Source: Cloacimonetes bacterium UBA5614
GTDB lineage: Bacteria > Cloacimonadota > Cloacimonadia > Cloacimonadales > Cloacimonadaceae
Reading direction: 5' to 3'
DNA: 64,000 nt
Assembly (NCBI GenBank): GCA_002424605.1
Contig: DIKQ01000002.1
Location: 23,483-87,482 of the forward strand
Every line of letters starts with the position of its first letter. Position 1 is the stretch's first letter. Positions 11,201-16,327 of the stretch are shown one piece after another. Made by a program: the position numbers and the translations under genes. Under the pieces are notes generated by a model that worked only from the letters and a program-made list of their open reading frames with translations, had not been told where the DNA came from and did not search any database.

Positions 11201-11637
11201 GTTCTCTGCTGACCTTTGACGGAGATAATGTCAGCAACATTGTAATTCAAAATCCCATCTTTCCTGCCAATACCTGGGGCAGTATTTACAATGTCGAAAA
11301 GTTTTCATCAATCGGTTCCGTCACTCTGCAGAATGCTACAGGCGCTTTTGCCGGTGCAGTTTTTGAAAGTGACATGTATAACACCGTTCACTGGACTTAT
11401 GTTCTTCAACCACCACAGAACTTTAAAGTTCAAGTAATTAATAATGAATTGGTTTTTTCTTGGGATGCTGTCCCTAATGTCAACGGTTACAACTTGTACT
11501 ACTGTTCAGACCCTGATTTCTCAAGCTCTCCGGTGGGAACCGTTTCTGACGGGGTAGCTGATACGTTCTTTTCTACTCCCTTAATCTGGTTCCCTGAGCC
11601 CTATATGTTTTTCAGGGTAACTGCATTTCAGGATTAA
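5218..11637 (+). CDS. Giant secreted protein 1 (2139 aa): signal peptide, papain-like cysteine peptidase, PPC-like domain, long beta-helix repeat region, C-terminal FN3-like domain
   Basis: RBS GAAGGAG lies before the ATG. Signal peptide is MKKLVIVFMLCLLGALHA. Cys motif YGCTPTSGAM (Cys235, nt 5920-5922) and His motif SHTMCAVGYG (His350, nt 6265-6267). Repeated GNLTINSGG / LSGNFINN type strands. C-terminus has ...SWDAVPNVNGYNLYY...FFRVTAFQD. Confidence 0.9.
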   Translation: MKKLVIVFMLCLLGALHAETRIVSLTDARRIADSNAAILWGGNLGSAEPIPYYGPDDKIIAYHFNYAIGRPFPDKHSLQQRSGEALSSGNRDLGWGVGEFGNMVIGANRNMPVFVEYSKCLSQQYAYAQKLEEAASREFPKGYELTKTYYLGLVDVWYRINDGNETKYINLEPYTKVKTETEFREMIKDKIFFWERDSFEEEWEYLLDNGNTMSRAEVMIPGEELMPYYEWNYGCTPTSGAMLFAWWDAYKGYGKLIKHHSTKWDPVVGRYTHHVPDIQGILANTMDTGSDGTTYSWDICDGMVDAASIVGYNCESDGLWALHHTVATLFNGIRNSIDSGYPILVDTWSHTMCAVGYGTWPSMVLVHDPNLPAIRFLSRSSLWRYYWADFEPLNDFHSAELNFPNGGTQWENNFGGETLISGIYYDITWSSTLSPNAYAKIYYHDEGGSTSNRWFPITLYTPNDGHYRWLVPTIQGCMYGINTDYARVKIEIYDNNTHQLLAADGSYGNLKIKGDYVMPWLNAAGTNINTSKIYTRINHSTNNNWGLIAFRGSNSNIDIELYQSPDFYNQLYTSQSPSSLNYMLINNFQQTPNAYGVKFATDVSSFQGSAAFVTSNASQISPYITYNYDWGNTDIAKVYQVYLTPGQYSITMHRIAGFMDLDIALYAPGSGVYTYNQAVAYSNNYGTVDDVIVYRVTTAGYYALVVSCSSEHNGEYSILIENAGKWLGTVSNNWFNPANWVGNTVPNLTNDVVIPPDCPNYPILWSGTYPEIKSIRIESNAFLTIGATEMNVHQSMQVYGTINMTSNSSVLSVGENLYWGAGSSLVGSIYNYQIVCYKNWDFGLGSNIQMTSGTVVFWGDEDSYVTTSSATSRFNNVTINKQYTLTGRSVIHSGNSSNDWRVNGNLLISSSYSTLRSDSEKKIILLNPITNNGYIELDNGTLELTASCSLPYLSTGNYLNNLVISTNAVNALPSNYKIVGNLTINSGGIDANTRTITLSGNFINNVGPSGFVKGTSTVIFNGYGDQRCTNGNFHRMEVNKTTGNVKFTGTGAISNVDIYDWTTGGIEVNQGALTIFDLADNGLYGTYKMTGGTLNVNQDNSQYTDLNGSLYIYSGTMNVYGGNGNSYWPYAANAHIEMHGGVLDFKNRGIYVYNSPVFSLTTELFGGRIRTAGSFLCYRPDFQPAGEYYLELYGSTDANIYLHSSASVHSVIFNKGSNRSEACPPGLDLIRRDGVDFPAELRNSENDLTRINQVNLISNVYIFGDLIIESGTVNLNSYTLTTESDTDVINGTILMNQASARLVTYGRFQWGENATLNVTAGEMHFYYHLTIAENSVFQMGSATTARFWTEFSKIINYGANCQFGYVVLEDGCELEILDFQPVTITSGLILQGESILQVNGVLNVIGYVVVYEYANIYIRANTTIDYYINLYGVLTIDNSTLTCHSYLYNIGGSLVLNNNGSCILDRAFDSTYHQMDGVYIINSGVFEVTNNGVQFTNDSYVTMYGGTLRTGWNFWATIANRFNPAGGSVEFIGDRNASLWCNNGNYFHNLIFSKPGTRSVGINTDLQINGDLIHQSGYSAMNGYNIHIMRDVIIHAGRMGASSTDLTDIYVGRNWIKNGGSFVAGTNSLNGCTVHLISAGENAVLSTESFYNLHINKQNAVGNIVSLQPSATVQVNGALDIERGKLNVLSNSILDVNNHLTIMPGGGLRLSDTYTGGTLKLAGNFTDQNTTMAGGDGFQALDDCLVILDGTADQYLTANYPWLQFYHLSVDKSSGRVMPNSNVTIARELHLVRGEWHYGQQNVELAIGTDLVVEAAASFNYFTGCVRFESWRDSNITILGTANMAAIRIDKGGFNFNLTGNTVIGGEPEISLYSGIINLNGHTLQLDAGRIYIGSAVSTVFLQAGSVLSLGNDFVVEVVNGGRFVTLGTEANPALVTSHNGYYIFIVFDNGKIGGSWGIYEKMSAEGIWFEQASSPVDNTYPWTYPTFRNGAPGGSLLTFDGDNVSNIVIQNPIFPANTWGSIYNVEKFSSIGSVTLQNATGAFAGAVFESDMYNTVHWTYVLQPPQNFKVQVINNELVFSWDAVPNVNGYNLYYCSDPDFSSSPVGTVSDGVADTFFSTPLIWFPEPYMFFRVTAFQD

Positions 11638-11760
11638 AAGCACCCATGTATAATTACTGTGATGGTTGTTGTAAGCACAATGGATTTCTTCTGAAATCGC
11701 TTTTGTGCATGATAAGATTGTGATTCTAAGCATAGTGTAACAACTATCAAATCAAACTGC

Positions 11761-11797
11761 GGCTGCCGCGCTCTCCTTGCCGGCAGCCGTTTTTTTT
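11761..11797 (+). terminator. Rho-independent terminator of giant gene 1
   Basis: GGCTGCCG ... CGGCAGCC stem followed by T8. Same sequence as 22792-22828. Confidence 0.85.
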
Positions 11798-11812
11798 CTA
11801 TACTAATAAAAG

Positions 11813-11930
11813 TTGTTTCCTGCTTCTTCCTTGCTTAGATGTCCCGAAGATGTCCCGAAGCCGGCCGGGTTTTCTTCGGTTATCTTCGGGACATCTCCGC
11901 GACAACTCACTGAGAAAGTAAAGAGAAACA
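11813..11930. repeat. Element A copy 2
   Basis: tgtttcctgcttcttccttgcttaGATGTCCCGAAGATGTCCCGAAGccggccgggttttCTTCGGttatCTTCGGGACATCtccgcgacaac, near-identical to copy 1. Confidence 0.85.
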
Positions 11931-11971
11931 GATAAGTTGACTGGTTACATCCAATGCTGTGCAAATCAAGA

Positions 11972-12000
11972 TTGACATAATATCTAAAAGAGATTAATTA
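11972..12000 (+). promoter_or_regulatory. Candidate sigma-70-type promoter for the kinase/EBP operon
   Basis: TTGACA, 17 nt, then TAATTA, about 55 nt upstream of the ATG at 12054. Confidence 0.3.
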
Positions 12001-12053
12001 GGATGTATGGTAATATTGATTAGTTTTTTTGTTTGGAACGTTTATGGTGAAGT

Positions 12054-14306
12054 ATGCCTAAAACTATTATAAGTAATAGTTTAGTGTCTTCATCATCTGA
12101 CTGCAGTGCCGGGGAGAAGGCCGGCGAGTTACTGCAGAAAGCTGTTTCGTTTTTGAAAAACAATCCGGAAGAAGCGTTGCGTTATGCCGTCAAGGCAGAA
12201 CAGATTGCAAAAAAAAATAATCAATCCTATGAACTGGCAATGGCAGGGAAGATTGCCGGGAATGTACACTTTAACAGAAACGCTAATGACCAGGCGCACA
12301 AAAAATACCAATCAGCCCTCAAACCAGCCCTGCAAGCAGGCGATGATAAGCTTTTGGGGGATTTGCACTATAACCTGGGCAGGACCTTTACACGCAAAAA
12401 AGATTACCAGCCCGCCCTTGAGCATTTGCTGAAATCTCTGGAATACAGGAAAAAACTACCCACCAGAGAAGATGAAAGCGCTTCGCTGAACCATATCGGA
12501 CAAGTTTACTGGGAACTGAAAGACTATGACAAGGCAAGCGACTTTTTCCGGAACTCTACGGAATTGATTAACCCGGACGAACAAATTTTGCTTGCTTCCG
12601 CAGTGTATAACAATCTCGGGAATGCCCTGCTGAAAACCGGGAACACGGATAAAGCGCTGGAAGCATACCTTGTTTCGCTGCATTGCAAGGAAAAGCTGGG
12701 CAAGGACGACAGTATCGCCACAGCTTACATCAGTCTGGGAAACCTTTATTTTACCTGCGGGGAGTTTTACAAAGCGGCGGAGTTTTATCTCAAGGCAAGT
12801 AAAAAGTTTGATAAACCCGGATACCGCAAAATGGCAGCCACGGCTTTTTCCAACCTTGGCTCCACGTACAACGAACTGGGAAATGACAAGCTGGCTCTTC
12901 AGTTCCACAGAAAAGCGCTAAAGGTTTTTGATACAGAAAAACTGCCGGAAGAAGAAGCCAAATCGCTTAATAACATCGGGAACGTCTATCTGAAACGGCA
13001 GGATTATAACAAAGCGCTGAGCTATTTCCGGCAAGCGCTGGAAATCAAGCTGATGAAGGGCGATAATGAAAGCCTGGCAATTGCCTACAACAATCTGGGC
13101 AGTGTATTCTGCCTGAAAGGAAACCTGAAAGCTGCAGCGGAGAACTTTGCCATGTCGGTAAGCCATGCGGAACAAACCGGCAACAAGAAAATGCTGTTGG
13201 AGAATTACAGCCGTTTGGGAGACGTCTCTGCCGCTCTTGGCGACTACGAGAATGCCTTTGAATTTCTCAGGAAACACTGCAAGGCAGATTTGGAGCTTTA
13301 CAGCGAGGAATCCAGGAACAGATTGACTGAGACGATGGTGCGCTTTGACGTGGAGCTCAAAACCAGCGAGATTAATCAACTCACTGAACTGCAGAAAGTC
13401 CAGAAAGAAATGCTGGACAGGCAGATAAGAGACAAGCTGCGTTATATGAATCTGTACCGCTCCAAACAACGTGAAGTCAAAAAACGCGAGCAGGCCCAGA
13501 AAGCTTTGCAGGCATTGAACAAGGATTTGGAAGTCCGCATCGAAAAAGCCCTGGCTGAATATAAAGTTCAGCAGGAACTTATCATCCAGAAATCAAAACT
13601 GGAATCCCTTGGCGTGCTGGCAGCAGGCATCGCGCATGAGGTTTACCAGCCGCTTTCCGCCATCTCCATCAGCATTAACAATATGCGCAATAAAGCCCAG
13701 AAAAATGAGCTGACCAGCCAATATCTTAGTAATAAATTTAACCGGATTTCGGAAGACATACAGCGCATCCGCCAGGTAATCGAGCACGTACGTCTGTTTT
13801 CCCGCGAGCAGAAAGATAACCATCTGGAAAGGATAGACATTCACCAGACCCTCAAGGATGCCCTGAGGCTGATAGGATATGATTTGAATAGGCAAGGCAT
13901 CAAAACCAGCCTGAATCTGGCGGAGTCTTCCCCTGTTTCTGTGGGCAGTAAATTCAAGCTGGAACAGGTGTTTCTGAACCTGATATCCAATGCCAGGGAC
14001 GCAGTATTGGAAAAGCAAGCAGGCAAATCCGCCTATGAACCGCAGATAGAAATCAGGACAAGCACCCGCAACGCAAGCGTCGAGATTGACTTCACAGATA
14101 ATGGTACCGGAATGAGCCAGGCAGTGACTGACAAGATGTTTGACCCGTTTTTCACCACCAAAAATCCGGAAAAGGGAACGGGTCTGGGGCTTTCCATCAG
14201 CTACGGCATCATCAGGGAAATGGAAGGTGAGATATCCGTACTGAGCGAACCTGATGAGTTCACAAGAATCACAGTTAAGCTTCCTGACCTGCAGGAGAAA
14301 AGATGA
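12054..14306 (+). CDS. Cytoplasmic TPR-repeat sensor histidine kinase
   Basis: About 400 aa of TPR-like repeats, then a coiled coil. H-box LAAGIAHEVYQPL, N-box NLISNARDA, G1 DNGTGM, G2 GTGLGLS. No hydrophobic TM segment seen. Confidence 0.85.
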   Translation: MPKTIISNSLVSSSSDCSAGEKAGELLQKAVSFLKNNPEEALRYAVKAEQIAKKNNQSYELAMAGKIAGNVHFNRNANDQAHKKYQSALKPALQAGDDKLLGDLHYNLGRTFTRKKDYQPALEHLLKSLEYRKKLPTREDESASLNHIGQVYWELKDYDKASDFFRNSTELINPDEQILLASAVYNNLGNALLKTGNTDKALEAYLVSLHCKEKLGKDDSIATAYISLGNLYFTCGEFYKAAEFYLKASKKFDKPGYRKMAATAFSNLGSTYNELGNDKLALQFHRKALKVFDTEKLPEEEAKSLNNIGNVYLKRQDYNKALSYFRQALEIKLMKGDNESLAIAYNNLGSVFCLKGNLKAAAENFAMSVSHAEQTGNKKMLLENYSRLGDVSAALGDYENAFEFLRKHCKADLELYSEESRNRLTETMVRFDVELKTSEINQLTELQKVQKEMLDRQIRDKLRYMNLYRSKQREVKKREQAQKALQALNKDLEVRIEKALAEYKVQQELIIQKSKLESLGVLAAGIAHEVYQPLSAISISINNMRNKAQKNELTSQYLSNKFNRISEDIQRIRQVIEHVRLFSREQKDNHLERIDIHQTLKDALRLIGYDLNRQGIKTSLNLAESSPVSVGSKFKLEQVFLNLISNARDAVLEKQAGKSAYEPQIEIRTSTRNASVEIDFTDNGTGMSQAVTDKMFDPFFTTKNPEKGTGLGLSISYGIIREMEGEISVLSEPDEFTRITVKLPDLQEKR

Positions 14307-15673
14307 ATACGCAACACATTCTGATTCTGGACGACGAACCCCGCCTGAGAGAGGAATTACTTGAGTTCCTGACTGATGAAGGATACAAATGCTTTGAAGC
14401 CAGCTCTCCTTCCGAAGCTATGAAAGTAATCAGGGCAAACAGGATAGACATAGCCATAGTGGACATCAATCTGCCTGAAAAAGATGGCATTGCAGTCTTG
14501 AAGGAAATCAAGGAATATGACGAGGATATTGAAGTCCTGATGATAACCGGACAGGGAGATATGGATCTTGCCATCCGTTCGATGCGGTCCGGAGCTGCTG
14601 ATTTCTTTAACAAACCCATTCAGCCAGAAGAAGTCCTGCAGGCAGTGGAACGGAGCAAGCGTTTCATCAATCTCACCCGGCGCTGCCAGCATTTACGCAA
14701 CAATTATGACAGGGTGTTTCATGAACTGCAGGATAATCTGGGATTGCAGATGCTGGGCACCAGTAAAGCCATCAGGGAGATAAAGTCCGATATTGAGACC
14801 GCAGCAAAAAACCCTGACACAGCAGTCCTGATCAGCGGTGAAAGCGGTACGGGAAAGGAACTGGTTGCTCGCAGCATCCATCACCTGAGCGCCCGGAAAC
14901 ATCACTATTTCTATGCGGTTAATTGCGCTGCTATTCCGGAAAACCTGTTTGAAAGCGAGTTCTTTGGATATACCAAAGGTGCCTTCACAGGCGCTGCCGC
15001 CAATAAGCAGGGCTGGTTTGAAATTGCCGACAAAGGAACGCTGTTTTTAGACGAAATCGGCGATATGCAGCCCTTTATGCAGGCGAAACTGCTGCGTGTG
15101 ACGGAAGACGGAGTGGTTCACAGATTGGGGAGCAACAGGGATATCCAGGTCAATGTCAGATTGATTTCCGCCACTAACCGGGATATAGCAGATTTGGTTG
15201 ATAAGGGGATTTTCAGGCAGGACCTCTATCATCGCCTGAACACTATACAGATACATATCCCTCCCCTGAGGGAACGCCGGGAAGACATCCCTGTCCTGGT
15301 GGAACACTTCCTGCGTCATTTTACCCAAAAGACCGGAAAAGCCATCCCGGAAATTGAATCAGGCCTTTTGGACAAATTGATGCAATATCCCTTCAAAGGC
15401 AATGTCAGGGAGTTGAAGAATATGCTGGAAAGGGCTGTCATCCTCTGCGATGGCTCCCGGCTCAGCCAAAAGCACTTTAACTCGCTTGGCAACGACAAAT
15501 CAAACCACCATTCACCATCTGGCGAACCTGAAAATCTGAACTTGGAATCCCTGGAAAAAGAAGCGGTGAAAAAAGCTCTGCAAAGCTGCGGCAACAACAA
15601 ACAGCAGGCGGCAAAACTACTCAATATTACCTGGCAGTCACTGGAACGCAGAATCAAGAAACACGGGCTCTGA
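14303..15673 (+). CDS. NtrC-family sigma-54-dependent response regulator (REC, AAA+, Fis-type HTH)
   Basis: REC domain (ILILDDE, VDINLP). Walker A GESGTGKE, sigma-54 contact loop GAFTGA, Walker B LFLDEIG. C-terminal HTH AAKLLNITWQSLERRIKK. ATGA overlap with the kinase gene. Confidence 0.92.
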   Translation: MNTQHILILDDEPRLREELLEFLTDEGYKCFEASSPSEAMKVIRANRIDIAIVDINLPEKDGIAVLKEIKEYDEDIEVLMITGQGDMDLAIRSMRSGAADFFNKPIQPEEVLQAVERSKRFINLTRRCQHLRNNYDRVFHELQDNLGLQMLGTSKAIREIKSDIETAAKNPDTAVLISGESGTGKELVARSIHHLSARKHHYFYAVNCAAIPENLFESEFFGYTKGAFTGAAANKQGWFEIADKGTLFLDEIGDMQPFMQAKLLRVTEDGVVHRLGSNRDIQVNVRLISATNRDIADLVDKGIFRQDLYHRLNTIQIHIPPLRERREDIPVLVEHFLRHFTQKTGKAIPEIESGLLDKLMQYPFKGNVRELKNMLERAVILCDGSRLSQKHFNSLGNDKSNHHSPSGEPENLNLESLEKEAVKKALQSCGNNKQQAAKLLNITWQSLERRIKKHGL

Positions 15674-15862
15674 GCCGAACTCAGGATAGATAGCTATACG
15701 AAAGCGGATACCTCCGTAATCGGATAGTGTTAGCATAAAGTGATGACAGACAGCAGGATAGACTGCATTTCTGCGGATGTTTGACGGAATCGGATAGTCT
15801 TTTTGAGGCGGAAATCCGGGACGCGGACAGCTATTGTGCTGCAATATAGTGTGTTAAGGTTT

Positions 15863-15878
15863 TGGAACAAAGGTTGTT
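15863..15878 (+). promoter_or_regulatory. Candidate sigma-54 (-24/-12) promoter, TGGAAC-N5-TTGTT
   Basis: Lies about 25 nt upstream of the GTG at 15902, which is preceded by RBS GAGGTGA. Positionally conserved with 5036-5051. Confidence 0.45.
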
Positions 15879-15901
15879 AATACTAATAGCAGAGGTGAGA
15901 T

Positions 15902-16327
15902 GTGAAAGTATTGGTAACCAAGTCCAGCCTTTATGAACGGGATGAACTGCAGGAGTTTTTCCAGGACCATTCCTGGGAGCCCACTTTTGCAGAAGAGTCC
16001 AAAACGATGTATCAGATGCTGTCGCGGGAGGATTTTGATACAGTCCTGTTTAATCTCAGCAGTACGGATGACTTTGCTGCCATCAGGTACATTAACAGGA
16101 ACTATCCGAATATCCGGGTGATAGTTTCCACCGATGACAGGCTGGTATCGACCATCCGCAATGTGCGGGCAGGCAAGTTCACGGTAACGGGCCATCTGGA
16201 AAAGATGAATCTGCTGGAAAAGCTGTTCCCGGAATCGGACACAGGCGAAACTGCTGATACAGGAAAGTCGGAAATAGAAGAAGTCAGAAATATAAAAATC
16301 AACAAGAGAGTGAAGGAGAAGTTATGA
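15902..16327 (+). CDS. Stand-alone pseudo-receiver (REC-like fold lacking phospho-acceptor residues)
   Basis: GTG start after GAGGTGA. By eye it aligns to CheY-like receivers, but the acidic pair is TK (KVLVTKSS), the phospho-Asp position is Asn (VLFNLSS), and the conserved Lys is absent. ATGA overlap with giant gene 2. Confidence 0.65.
   Translation: MKVLVTKSSLYERDELQEFFQDHSWEPTFAEESKTMYQMLSREDFDTVLFNLSSTDDFAAIRYINRNYPNIRVIVSTDDRLVSTIRNVRAGKFTVTGHLEKMNLLEKLFPESDTGETADTGKSEIEEVRNIKINKRVKEKL

Noticed and set aside
10630-11250. Antisense ORFs inside the giant genes (for example 10630-11250, 22012-22503, 8497-8844 and 19603-19965).
   Set aside because: They lie opposite very long ORFs supported by a signal peptide and domain motifs. 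They are conserved between the paralogs only because the sense strand is conserved.
12034-12048. TGGAAC-N5-TGGT just upstream of the kinase gene, considered as a third sigma-54 promoter.
   Set aside because: The -12 region reads TGGT rather than TTGC. The predicted transcription start would also fall inside the kinase coding sequence, a few nt past the ATG at 12054.
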